64,000 nt of DNA from Nitrospirota bacterium (GCA_963780885.1 CAWAEO010000002.1:889665-953664); one strand, 5' to 3'; shown: positions 34,736-44,367, numbered from the stretch's first letter. Notes: generated by a model from the sequence alone, not told the origin. Numbers and translations: made by a program.

Positions 34736-35206
34736 ATGAGACAAAAAATCATAGTAGTAATAATATCGCTCTTGTTGCTTTCAAGTTGTACCTGTCTGTT
34801 TAAGAAGCCGGAGGCATGCAATGATGAAAAGTACGGCCCGGTAGCAATCAGGCTTTCAGATTTTTCTAGTCAAATTATTTATTACTATCGCGACAAAAAA
34901 GAAAGTGTTCCCCCGGATTTCGACGGAGGTAAATTTATACAGATATTGAAACAGTTGCCTCCAGATCAGGTAAACCAAAAGGATGTCGATTCTATAACAT
35001 CCCAATTTAGGGTGGAGGCTCATTCCGTTAACAGCGGTTTTTCGGTAATGTTGTGCGAACATGGTAAGAAAATAATGGAGGACTTTGCCAGTTCTCGTGA
35101 TTCAGAATGCAGGTTCGATCTGAAGAGGGTGGAAATAACATCCTGGAATACAAGTGTGCCTTGTTCATTCGAGGTTAATTGGCAACAGTATTGCATAGAA
35201 CCATAA
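34736..35206 (+). CDS. Small lipoprotein of unknown function
   Basis: 156 aa with the lipobox LLLSSC. It starts 23 nt after the previous gene. Confidence 0.55.
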   Translation: MRQKIIVVIISLLLLSSCTCLFKKPEACNDEKYGPVAIRLSDFSSQIIYYYRDKKESVPPDFDGGKFIQILKQLPPDQVNQKDVDSITSQFRVEAHSVNSGFSVMLCEHGKKIMEDFASSRDSECRFDLKRVEITSWNTSVPCSFEVNWQQYCIEP

Positions 35207-35292
35207 TCGAATAGTGGATAGGGCCGAAAAACCGGAATTAGAATAAGACTATTAACACTCGTATCCTTTAGGGGTGTTAACCGGCTTTGAGT

Positions 35293-35420
35293 TTTGACCT
35301 GTTATCGGAGTCCAATCATGACCCGTCCAGCTTGCGACATAACTACTAAATAACAACGTGTTGCGATATCCAAAGCCGGGTCAATTTTGACTGCCGATAA
35401 CGGTCAAAGGTGAGTCAAAT
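35293..35420 (+). promoter_or_regulatory. Cluster of TTGAC/GTCAA-containing repeats upstream of the TPR-CHAT gene (operator candidate)
   Basis: tttgacctgttatcgg (35293-35308) is inverted relative to ccgataacggtcaaagg (35394-35410). Additional copies are gtcaattttgac and gagtcaaattg. Confidence 0.35.
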
Positions 35421-35461
35421 TGCCACGCCCTGTTAACAGAGCTTGCAAGGAGCAAGAAATA

Positions 35462-37978
35462 ATGGGCCAAGAAGATCTCTCCAAAAACGCGGAACAATCC
35501 TTTGAAAGGGCCTATTACGTTTACCGTACAAGTGACTTGAAGAATGCGTTACAAGAATTGGCCGTGGCAGAACGTCTATCTCTGGCTACGGGTAATAACA
35601 GTTTGCTTGTACACATCCTAATGCAACGCGCCGGCTGGCTGCGCGAAGCGGGACTCCTTGATGAACGTGAAGTAGTGTTGGATCGTATCGATAAGCTTTT
35701 GCCTAAATTGCGCGAAGAGGACAGGAGCTATGTGCTTTCATCTATTCTCATGGAACGAGGCATTGAGGCAAAACGAGCAACTAATTTTGTCTTAGCTGAA
35801 AAAATGCTGCGCGAGGCTGAATCTGAAGCGCGACGCCATGCGTGGGGAATGACTGTCCTCTCCGATATTCTGGCGAATCTCAGTGCAGTTTATCATGAAC
35901 TCGGACAGCTGGGACTGGCGCAAGGCATTTTAATAGAAGCTGTGGAAATTGACCGCAAAGTTATCGACCATCGCAAATTATCAAGTGACCTTAATATGCT
36001 CGGTTTGCTGTACGATGCCACTGGTGATCATTCTACCGCCGAACTTCATCTGGGAGAAGCTCAACAGATTGCCCTAGACAATGGATACGTCAAAGAGGCT
36101 GCTGATGCTGTTGGTAACTTAGCCACAATCAAGGAAAAGGCAGGTAACCTTGAGGCGGCAGAGGATGCATATAAAAAAGTGTTAGAGTTTTACGAGCAAA
36201 TAGGGTATAAAGTCGAGATAGTCAATACAAAAAGCAACCTCGCTGGCATTGCTTCACGAAAAGGTGATTATCAGGAAGCACGGCGGCTATTGATCGAATG
36301 TGTCGATCAACATCTGCAGTTGGGGAACAAAGTTCATGCTATTTACGACCTGCTTAACCTCGCGACAGTCGAATCAGCGCTCGGCGAAGTGCAAAATGCC
36401 TATAATCACGCGAGCAGCGCTCGTGACCAGGCCAAGTCTATGGGCATGCTAAATGTGTTATGGAAGGCACACTGGCTTGTGGCTCAAACGGGGGCTGCTG
36501 TTCTAAAAGCAACGACTGCCTATCAAGAACTATTCGAAGGAGTAATGAGCGTTTTAAAGAGTTATAGTGATGCTGCAGAAGTAATTGAGATGTTGCGGAT
36601 TGGGGTTGGTCGGCCAGAGGAGCGCGAGCTGTTGTTTGGAGATAAAGAGGATTTATATGGCGAAGCCATGCTTTTGGCAGGTAGTCTGGCTGGGAACGCT
36701 AGAAAAACGGACATCGCATTCATGTTTAGCGAACGATCACGAGCACGGGCTTTCCTTGATGTAATGGGAAGTCAACGTATACAACGAAGAGCTGTTGACA
36801 ATCCCTTAGTAACTCGTCGCGAGTTGTTGATAAAGCAGATTATGAATTTGGAAGAAGGGGACGAGAACACTGCCAGCAAACTATATGATGATCTTCGTCT
36901 TGTGCGCACTCAAATTTCTGCCGAACAGCCGTCTATCGCGGCCATAACGGATACCGCTATGCCATCATACCAAGACATTATAGAAGCGATACCAGAAAAT
37001 GCGGCACTTATCGAATTTTTTATCGGCCCAGGACAAAAGTTGACTATTTTTCTACGCTCATCTAAGAGTAAGATGGCCATGAAAACTTTTGATTTGGGAA
37101 AATACGATTTAGTGGCAAAAATTGAGCAGTTCCTCAACGAGGTGAAAAATGGGGTGGAAGGAGTGCCGACGGGCAGAGAACTTTGGTATATTCTTTTTCA
37201 TCCGATATGGCATCTTCTTGAATCGGTGGAACTGTTGTTAATAGTGCCTCACCACGAATTGCACTACCTTCCTTTCAGCGCTCTGTGGTTCAACGCTGAT
37301 AGTCCGGATGGCCCGGAGCGACTTTATCTTCACCAGTGTTTTGGGCATTCAATACTACCTTCAGCAGCATTCCTACCGATGTGCATGAAATTACAGCGTC
37401 CCGAGATTAAGAGAGGCAATTCGCTTGTGCTTGCCAATCCTTCAGGAGATTTGCCTTATGCAGAAAAAGAGGGAGAGGTTGTAGCAAAGCTTTTGGGAGT
37501 GGATCCTCTAATACATAAGAAAGCGACCCGTGAAGCGCTGATAGGTGAATATAGAGAATTAGCGGTGGTCCACGTGGCTTCGCATGGCACGTATAATGAA
37601 CATGATCCGTTACTTTCAGGCGTTGAAATGAGTGACGGATTAGTGACTGTAGAAAATATAATGGAGAGCAACTTATCTTCAAGTCTTTTAGTTCTAAGTG
37701 GATGTGTTACAGGATTGGCCAAACGGCAGCCGGGAGATGAACTTATCGGCCTTTCACGTGCCGCAGCTTTTGCTGGTGTTCTAAGCGTAATTACTTCACT
37801 TTTCGATGTTTGGGATGAATCGAGTTGTGAATTTTTCGAATACTTTTACCAGGCCCTCTTGCAAGGAGGCTCTAAATATACGGCTATCTCATACTCCCAA
37901 CAAATGCTATTGAGGCAGAAAAAATTCGAGCACCCTGTGCATTGGGCACCTTTTAGCCTGCTTGGCGATTGGAATTGA
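35462..37978 (+). CDS. TPR-repeat protein with a C-terminal CHAT (caspase-like) protease domain
   Basis: 838 aa from the ATG with RBS aggag. The N-terminal half has many 34-aa TPR-like repeats. The C-terminus has HVASHGTYN (catalytic His) and LLVLSGCVTG (catalytic Cys), followed by AGVLSVITSLFDVWD. Confidence 0.85.
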   Translation: MGQEDLSKNAEQSFERAYYVYRTSDLKNALQELAVAERLSLATGNNSLLVHILMQRAGWLREAGLLDEREVVLDRIDKLLPKLREEDRSYVLSSILMERGIEAKRATNFVLAEKMLREAESEARRHAWGMTVLSDILANLSAVYHELGQLGLAQGILIEAVEIDRKVIDHRKLSSDLNMLGLLYDATGDHSTAELHLGEAQQIALDNGYVKEAADAVGNLATIKEKAGNLEAAEDAYKKVLEFYEQIGYKVEIVNTKSNLAGIASRKGDYQEARRLLIECVDQHLQLGNKVHAIYDLLNLATVESALGEVQNAYNHASSARDQAKSMGMLNVLWKAHWLVAQTGAAVLKATTAYQELFEGVMSVLKSYSDAAEVIEMLRIGVGRPEERELLFGDKEDLYGEAMLLAGSLAGNARKTDIAFMFSERSRARAFLDVMGSQRIQRRAVDNPLVTRRELLIKQIMNLEEGDENTASKLYDDLRLVRTQISAEQPSIAAITDTAMPSYQDIIEAIPENAALIEFFIGPGQKLTIFLRSSKSKMAMKTFDLGKYDLVAKIEQFLNEVKNGVEGVPTGRELWYILFHPIWHLLESVELLLIVPHHELHYLPFSALWFNADSPDGPERLYLHQCFGHSILPSAAFLPMCMKLQRPEIKRGNSLVLANPSGDLPYAEKEGEVVAKLLGVDPLIHKKATREALIGEYRELAVVHVASHGTYNEHDPLLSGVEMSDGLVTVENIMESNLSSSLLVLSGCVTGLAKRQPGDELIGLSRAAAFAGVLSVITSLFDVWDESSCEFFEYFYQALLQGGSKYTAISYSQQMLLRQKKFEHPVHWAPFSLLGDWN

Positions 37979-38045
37979 CCCACGGTTTGAGAAGATAGAC
38001 AGGTGACCGGTGTAAAATGGGACATTTAGGAGGATAGAGTTTGTA

Positions 38046-38432
38046 CAAATTATTTTATTTCTTCCAACTCCTTCACCGCCTTAATCAGTGCAAGCTCCAG
38101 AAGATCCAGAAGTTCATATGCCCGCATAAGTCTTCCTCTGTCCTCTGCAGGCACTTTGCTCATCTCTGTCTGTAGCGCGGCACAGCGTTCCATCGCGTTC
38201 TCTAAAGCTTTCAAAGCTGCCTCACGACTCACGACTGCACCTCCTGTCTCAACATTCCATAAGCAGCACAAGAAAAGAAATAGTTTTGCCTGAAGCACCT
38301 ATTCGTGCGAACTAAGAACCTGACTCCGACTTCATAGCATTTGCCTGAAGAATCGAATCTCTCTTTAACTGTCCGGCTATTATTTCCTCGTGTTTAGCAT
38401 ATTATCATAGTTCGCTGCTATTGAAAAGTATA
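38046..38432 (-). repeat. Copy 2 of the ~300-bp small-ORF module (uninterrupted, with an 80-nt insertion/duplication in the leader)
   Basis: See 903..1199. The leader holds two cttcaggcaaa repeats versus one in copy 1, and a hairpin agttcgctgctatt...aatagcgaact. Confidence 0.85.
38050..38232 (-). CDS. Conserved 60-aa helical protein (paralog of 906..1088)
   Basis: The RBS aggagg precedes GTG 38232. The product is (M)SREAALKALENAMERCAALQTEMSKVPAEDRGRLMRAYELLDLLELALIKAVKELEEIK. Confidence 0.6.
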   Translation of the reverse strand: MSREAALKALENAMERCAALQTEMSKVPAEDRGRLMRAYELLDLLELALIKAVKELEEIK

Positions 38433-38533
38433 ACAAAATAGCGAACTGCCAATTTGCCTTCCGGGCATAGTGTGGCAGTATGTATAAAAAGGCGGCCCGC
38501 TGTTAATCTGCTCTGACCTAGTACATGTGCCAT

Positions 38534-39229
38534 TCAATGAATACCCACCAGAGGTCCATTATGCCTACACCCCTCAGCATCAAGTAACCCGGCCCTGTAG
38601 TCACTCAATATTCTGGCCGTAGTAGCCGGTGATGTTTTTGCGAGCTTTGCGACGATACGCACTGACCGGCTGGTATCCTGATCGTATATGGAAATAACCC
38701 GACTTATCTCGATAGGAGCCAGCCCCTTTCTACCGATTTTCTTCCCTTTCGCCCTTGCATGGGCGACGCCGGCACAGACGCGCTCGCGGATCAGTTCACG
38801 CTCGAATTCAGCCATGGCTGCTATCATGTGAAACATAAGACGCCCTGACGGTGTGGAGAGATCTATGTTCTCCTGATACGATATAAAGGACACATCAAGG
38901 CCGTTAAATTCATCAAGAGTGGTTACCAGGTGCTTAAGAGACCTTCCGAATCGGTCCAGCTTCCAGACCATAATGCAGTCTATGAGGCGCTTCCTGGTAT
39001 CGTCCATAAGTCTGTCGAGCTGAGGCCTACGATCTTTTTTACCGCTTTGTCCCACATCAACGTATTCGCTAAAGACAGCTAACCCACGGGCACTGCAATA
39101 CTCTCGCAAGGGCTTAAGTTGTACTTCCGGGTTCTGCCCCTTATCTACGGTGCTTACTCTGGCATAGATGGCAACCCGCAGCGAAGCTCTATTTTTATCC
39201 GTCATTACTTGCACGTTGGTTCTTTTCAT
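38534..39229 (-). CDS. Small serine recombinase (resolvase/invertase family)
   Basis: 231 aa. Contains VAIYARVSTVDKGQNPEVQ (catalytic Ser), VWKLDRFGRS, and a C-terminal HTH. Confidence 0.9.
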   Translation of the reverse strand: MKRTNVQVMTDKNRASLRVAIYARVSTVDKGQNPEVQLKPLREYCSARGLAVFSEYVDVGQSGKKDRRPQLDRLMDDTRKRLIDCIMVWKLDRFGRSLKHLVTTLDEFNGLDVSFISYQENIDLSTPSGRLMFHMIAAMAEFERELIRERVCAGVAHARAKGKKIGRKGLAPIEISRVISIYDQDTSRSVRIVAKLAKTSPATTARILSDYRAGLLDAEGCRHNGPLVGIH

Positions 39230-39495
39230 TTTGATGCTCCTCTGAGTTCCTTAAGATCGTTCAAAAAGGAAGGAGGCTATGCCCTCCCCTTCCTATCTGT
39301 ATTTTTGTCATTCGTCGCTTTTCTGCGCCTTTTTCTTCTTCCCAGGGAAATCATACTTGGCCAGAGGGTTCTCACTTTGAAATATTCTCTTTCGTCTTTT
39401 CCGGGCCGGTACGTCATATTGTGACATCCTCCTTGATATTATGTGGATAGTTAATCTTATCAAATCAAAAAATCACATTTTCCAGGGATTAATCC

Positions 39496-40506
39496 TTAGA
39501 AGAGGCTCAAGGGCCCTGCTAACTCAGCCATCTCCCTGACCTGATCCATTGCCTCTTTTAAAGGTTTCCTCTGATACATCTCGGTGGCAAAATACTTGTC
39601 GTATGAACTCCATGCCTGTTCAGGGTCTGAGTCCTTGAGAAGGCCGTGGAGGTGGTTCATCTTTGCATCGGTGTTCTCAATGTGGTGAAGCGCCAGCGCT
39701 TCAGGAGTGGCCGGCTTTACGGGGCTGCCGAATTCGAGGCTGCCATGGTGAGCTAGTATCATGTGCTTAAGCAACAGCCCGGTTTCAGCCGGCAGTTCTT
39801 TAATATCGCGAAGCTTCTCTTCCAGCATGATGAGGCCTATTGCTATATGGCCCATAAGCTTCCCTTCCGTGGTATAAGCTCTTGTTATGCTGCCGGTTAT
39901 TGCCCTGACCTTTCCAATATCATGGAGCAGTGAGCCGGTCAGCAGCAGGTCCCTGTCGAGGAGTCCGGGGTAATGTTCCACCATATGAACGGCATGCGAC
40001 ATCGTATTGACGGAATGCTCCAGTAGTCCGCCTGTGTAGTTGTGGTGCACCGTCAGGCCGGCTGGCGATAGTTTGAACGATTCGAAGAACTGAACGTCAG
40101 AAATAAATGAACATATGAGCGTATCGCAATTGCTGTCCCTGACAAGTCCAATATGGTCATACAAGCGCTCCTCCCAAAGTTCGATCCCACCGGGAACGAC
40201 CTGCAGGAAGTCGTTAACATCGATTTCTTTGTCGGCGGCTGGTTTGACGGATTCAATCTGTATGTTCAGGGTGCCATTATATCCCTTTGCAGTGCCCTTC
40301 ACATGTACGTAGGTGATGCCGTTCAGGCGGGCCTTTGTCTCTTCAGGATTGTTCCAGACATAGCCGTTGATCTGGCCGGTTTTGTCGCTTAGAGTAACGG
40401 TAAGATAAACTTTTTGGTTTTTGGCATTCCTGAGTTCTGCTGAGCCGAGCGCAAAAAAGGTATCAACCCTATCTGATGCTTTAAGGTCTGATTTCAGCTG
40501 TTTCAT
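39496..40506 (-). CDS. YhaM-like 3'-5' exoribonuclease (OB fold plus HD domain)
   Basis: 336 aa. The N-terminal OB fold (VYLTVTLSDKTGQINGYVW) is followed by HHNYTGGLLEHS and LLHDIGK (HD motifs). Confidence 0.8.
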   Translation of the reverse strand: MKQLKSDLKASDRVDTFFALGSAELRNAKNQKVYLTVTLSDKTGQINGYVWNNPEETKARLNGITYVHVKGTAKGYNGTLNIQIESVKPAADKEIDVNDFLQVVPGGIELWEERLYDHIGLVRDSNCDTLICSFISDVQFFESFKLSPAGLTVHHNYTGGLLEHSVNTMSHAVHMVEHYPGLLDRDLLLTGSLLHDIGKVRAITGSITRAYTTEGKLMGHIAIGLIMLEEKLRDIKELPAETGLLLKHMILAHHGSLEFGSPVKPATPEALALHHIENTDAKMNHLHGLLKDSDPEQAWSSYDKYFATEMYQRKPLKEAMDQVREMAELAGPLSLF

Positions 40507-40554
40507 TATTAGTCCTCTCCGGCACTACTCGGCATTTTGTCAGGGTCGGCATTG

Positions 40555-40797
40555 TTAGCTGGCCTCCTTGGCTTCCTTATACGCCTTCTTGATCATCGTC
40601 CTTGTTATGAACTCCCCGGGTTCGATGCCCCGCTCGTCAAAGATGCTGTCGTCCACCACATTGATCTTCCCTACTTCCTCTCCGATCTTCTTGCTTCCGG
40701 CTTTTCTGAGGATGGTTAGAAGCTTGCTCTTCTTTTCCTCATCGAGACTTTTACACAAACCTTGCAGATAGTCAAAGTCCTCTTGTTTGATGTACAT
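40555..40797 (-). CDS. Hypothetical 80-aa protein
   Basis: The ATG at 40797 is preceded by gggaggg. No family recognised. Confidence 0.4.
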   Translation of the reverse strand: MYIKQEDFDYLQGLCKSLDEEKKSKLLTILRKAGSKKIGEEVGKINVVDDSIFDERGIEPGEFITRTMIKKAYKEAKEAS

Positions 40798-40819
40798 GTT
40801 GCCCTCCCTATTGTTCAAT

Positions 40820-41821
40820 CTATTTATATCCTCGCAGCATCATCTGCTGGTCCCATGGCAGCCTTTTCCTTTGAGCCTCGGATAAATGTTGGGGATGCTG
40901 TGGCCCCGCAGTTTCGGGGGCCGGGTGGATAACAAATTCACTTCCCTTACCGAATGTTGACGTTGAATGATAAATAAATTCACTGGCAAGGTCTTGCCAG
41001 AAGGTCTTACGCAACCAAACCGAGGAACATGATGCGGATTTGCTGGGGATTATTTCGTGGCGATTTATACCATCCCTTGCGGGAAGACCAAACAGCTTTC
41101 TATAAGGCAGTTTTTTGCCTGCTTGAATTTCAATGCTGTCGGATAGGCCAATTCCAAGCCCGTGGCGGAGCAGTACAAATTTCGCAACAGTCGGCGAAAC
41201 GTCTATCCTCCTAAAAGGGATTGACATTCCAACAGATCCCGAATCCCGATATCTGAAATCCACAACATCTATAAGCACACCCGGTCTCTTTGCCCTGACA
41301 GTTACAGTCCACTGGTCAGTCTTAGGGTTGTACGACGGAGGGGGATCAAAAATTGCGCAGAAATCACGATATCCAAAATCCACTCCTCCTATCCAGCGGC
41401 CATGAAGCCCCCCACAATAACCGTATTGGGAATCCTCGTCCCTTTTCCATATTGAAGTGCCTGTTTTACGGGAAGTAACGACAGCCATAACAAGAGAAAC
41501 CAAAATTACTGCCACGAATATCCAAAGCAATATTTTACAGCCACTGGGCCTTGCCGGTATCGTGTCTTTGACATGGGTAGCATCTTTTGTTGGTTCCCCT
41601 GCATCTTTCGGAAAATCGCCAAATCTGCCCCTTGATGACTTCTTTGTTTTCTCCTCCGCTTCGTACTTGTCAAGCGCACTCATCGCCCAAGTGATAGCAA
41701 AGGGCCACCCTATTCGGGTTAGCTGCAGCAAGAGGCAGGCAATTCCCGCAAACGGTCTGCCAATGGTGAAAAATAAAAGCCATGGAATCCTAACTGACAG
41801 ATATGAACGACTTGACATCAA
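40820..41821 (-). CDS. Hypothetical membrane protein
   Basis: 333 aa. It has two N-terminal hydrophobic segments and a third TM (ILLWIFVAVILVSLVMAVV). No family recognised. Confidence 0.45.
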   Translation of the reverse strand: MMSSRSYLSVRIPWLLFFTIGRPFAGIACLLLQLTRIGWPFAITWAMSALDKYEAEEKTKKSSRGRFGDFPKDAGEPTKDATHVKDTIPARPSGCKILLWIFVAVILVSLVMAVVTSRKTGTSIWKRDEDSQYGYCGGLHGRWIGGVDFGYRDFCAIFDPPPSYNPKTDQWTVTVRAKRPGVLIDVVDFRYRDSGSVGMSIPFRRIDVSPTVAKFVLLRHGLGIGLSDSIEIQAGKKLPYRKLFGLPARDGINRHEIIPSKSASCSSVWLRKTFWQDLASEFIYHSTSTFGKGSEFVIHPAPETAGPQHPQHLSEAQRKRLPWDQQMMLRGYK

Positions 41822-42175
41822 TAACCACCCCTCATTACGAGCTGCATATCATAAATGTAACATAAGGGTTTCTTGACATTTTTTTGTGATTACAACGGCA
41901 GCAAAACAGATAAAAAGGCAGGATGGCCTTAAATATTGACTTCCTCATGACGCGCCTGATTATATCGGCGCTGCAAAATGAGCCAACTATCCAACCAGAG
42001 AAACGACGATTTTAAAGGGCCTCTGCCTTAGAAAGTTGGTAAAACAACGATTTTTCTGATCGTAACAGAGTTTCATGGGAAATATTAAATGTATCTCGGA
42101 AATTGGAAACTGGGGTATATGAGAAGGCAGATTAAGAAGCGTCTACCTTCTCATATAATTGATGAGTTGACAGGC

Positions 42176-43015
42176 TTACCTGTTGACTATTCTGGCTAAC
42201 TCCTGGTTAACACTCTTAATTTTTTCCCCCACGTCAATCGTGTTCTCACCATTCACCGATGCTAATGGCAGGGACACCCTTATGACAGCCTTTGAGCCAT
42301 TTTTATAAGGATAAGTTGCCACATATAATTTAGCAACACCCTTTTCTCCAAAACCAGTCTGAAGCATAAAAACGTCAGCAAATATTTTGCCGGTTACCGG
42401 ATCTCTGTAACCATTAGCAAAGGATTCACTTTTTAGTGACCGTTTAAAATTTGAATAAATCGATTCCGTATTGTATGGTGAATCAATCTCCGTTGTATAA
42501 TCTATACTGGGTTCAGACAAATAACGCAAGAGATCACTTGTTGAAGCATCAGGAATCGGAAAAGAGTTGCCATATGACCCGATTCCCTTTATTACTTGTT
42601 TTTCAATAGGCTGCAATGTTACGAGGAAATTATGATTGTTTTCGGATATGTTTACGGTGACAGTATAAACAACAGAAGAGGCAACCATACGCTGAATGTT
42701 TTGAGCGTCAACATATATCTCACCGTTATAAAAAGTGTATATCATTTTTTCGGGTGAGTTGCCCTCTGCTGCTGATATGCCGCTTATTGGCACTGGATTT
42801 CCCGGTAAGGCCGGCTGACCCCCCAGAACCTTGTCAGTATACCTCAGCCCTTTCAGGTTATCACCCGCATCAGTAATATTGGCATTTTTGGGCACAATAA
42901 AAGTAACTTTACCTGCCTTAATTGGTTCTTTTGATAATTGAGTAACACCGGCGCACCCCTGAAGAATCAGGGCAAGCATGCAATATAAGATGACACGACT
43001 TGAAATATTTTTCAT
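42176..43015 (-). CDS. Lipoprotein of unknown function
   Basis: 279 aa. The RBS aggaggg precedes it, and the lipobox is LILQGC. Confidence 0.55.
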   Translation of the reverse strand: MKNISSRVILYCMLALILQGCAGVTQLSKEPIKAGKVTFIVPKNANITDAGDNLKGLRYTDKVLGGQPALPGNPVPISGISAAEGNSPEKMIYTFYNGEIYVDAQNIQRMVASSVVYTVTVNISENNHNFLVTLQPIEKQVIKGIGSYGNSFPIPDASTSDLLRYLSEPSIDYTTEIDSPYNTESIYSNFKRSLKSESFANGYRDPVTGKIFADVFMLQTGFGEKGVAKLYVATYPYKNGSKAVIRVSLPLASVNGENTIDVGEKIKSVNQELARIVNR

Positions 43016-43224
43016 AAAACCCTCCTAGCAATTATTGGTAATTACGCCCTGTGGCGTAACAGACTACCGTCAATAAATATAACAGACCGGTTTTCAGTAA
43101 TTCTTGCGAATTGAATCTACGTAAGCATGAATTATAAAAAAGACCACTCTAAATTGGATGTTCAAAATGTCACGGACAACAAAAGCTGGGTAAAGTAACA
43201 ATTTGATAGGGGTTACAAGGAAAA

Positions 43225-43890
43225 TCAAAATCCCTTTGCCTCTCGAGCTCTCTTTTCTCTCCTGAGCCTTTCTTCCTCAACCTTGTGAGCCGCCAGTTTA
43301 TTTTTCTCTGCTGTATATTCTTCTGTGATTGACGTAGATTTGAACCAAAGAGCAAAAAAGATTGACACGCCTTCTCGTGCCAAGGTTATAGTTGTTGTTT
43401 TACCTTGCCAGTAAGCAGGAGGAGTACCCGGCATATCTGTATCTGCAGTTTGGGGAGTCCCGAATTTGCCGATAAGGATTTCAGCTAATTTATTAAAGTT
43501 TCCCTTTTTATCAACTAATTCGATACCAACACAAGCCAATTTTCCCTTCCAGAAATAATATGTTATAGACTTCAATTTTGCATCGCCGATAGCTAAGTCA
43601 TCGCCAACTTTAATAAATCTTTCCATGCCATCAAACGGCCAGACAGCATTTTTCATTGCCTTCATATCTTTCAATGTTGAGATATCAGTGCCCCATTTAA
43701 CACCTCTGAAGCCATCAGGTTCATTCTTGTAAGTAACATTTCCTCCGTTGTTATTATTATGAACCGATAACGTCTTACCGTCAGATACTTTTGCATTTTC
43801 CGTATTCTTGCTCCGACTGCAGCCGACAAGAATAAAACAGATTATTGTGAGTACCACCGTTGCAGTAAAACACTTCCTGATGTGTTCCAT
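43225..43890 (-). CDS. Lipoprotein of unknown function
   Basis: 221 aa from MEHIRKCF, with RBS aggaggg. The lipobox is ILVGC. Confidence 0.5.
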   Translation of the reverse strand: MEHIRKCFTATVVLTIICFILVGCSRSKNTENAKVSDGKTLSVHNNNNGGNVTYKNEPDGFRGVKWGTDISTLKDMKAMKNAVWPFDGMERFIKVGDDLAIGDAKLKSITYYFWKGKLACVGIELVDKKGNFNKLAEILIGKFGTPQTADTDMPGTPPAYWQGKTTTITLAREGVSIFFALWFKSTSITEEYTAEKNKLAAHKVEEERLRREKRAREAKGF

Positions 43891-44003
43891 GTCTACCCTC
43901 CTGCAATTATGGGTATCTACCTTACGTAAACTTGTCAAAATCCGGATAAATATAACATATATACCCTAATTAATAAAACAATATTACATTTAAAGGGTTT
44001 ATA

Positions 44004-44047
44004 GCATTCCCCTGAGAAAATATAATTCCAGTACCCAGGGGGAATGC
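44004..44047 (+). promoter_or_regulatory. Inverted repeat spanning a TATAAT box and abutting the XRE gene start (operator candidate)
   Basis: gcattcccctg (44004-44014) is separated by 21 nt, including tataat (44021-44026), from cagggggaatgc (44036-44047). The ATG follows directly at 44048. Confidence 0.4.
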
Positions 44048-44350
44048 ATGAACAAAAATATTCCAATAGATTTAGGCAAAAGAATAAGAACTCTGCGAAG
44101 ATTAAGAAAATTAACGATTGAAGAGTTAGGAGAAAAAACAGGCATCAGTTACAAATTTATTGGCGAAGTCGAGCGAGGTGTGGCAAATCCGAGTCTGGAT
44201 ACATTAGCCAAAATAGCTGACGCCCTTGGAACAACAATAAATGCATTGTTCCCCGGGACAAACGATGTCAACTATCAACTGTCGTCGGAGGATATCAAGC
44301 TTATAAAGAAGACTTTGCGGCTCCTGAACAAGAGTTTCTCGAAATTTTAA
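44048..44350 (+). CDS. XRE-family helix-turn-helix transcriptional regulator
   Basis: 100 aa, LGKRIRTLRRLRKLTIEELGEKTGISYKFIGEVERGVANPSLDTLAKIADAL. Confidence 0.85.
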   Translation: MNKNIPIDLGKRIRTLRRLRKLTIEELGEKTGISYKFIGEVERGVANPSLDTLAKIADALGTTINALFPGTNDVNYQLSSEDIKLIKKTLRLLNKSFSKF

Positions 44351-44367
44351 GAAGGAGGAAGCCATGA

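Noticed and set aside
39119-39424. A 101-aa plus-strand ORF and short minus-strand ORFs (about 39306-39425) upstream of the serine recombinase
   Set aside because: The plus-strand ORF is antisense to the recombinase 5' end and has low complexity. The minus-strand candidates are under 50 aa, have ambiguous starts (the RBS abuts the first ATG), and have no recognisable family.
42116-42157. A perfect 12-bp inverted repeat (tatatgagaagg / ccttctcatata) just downstream of the lipoprotein gene, as an intrinsic terminator
   Set aside because: There is no U-run on either strand after the stem. It may still be a protein-binding site or an RNA-stability element, but I cannot support a terminator call.
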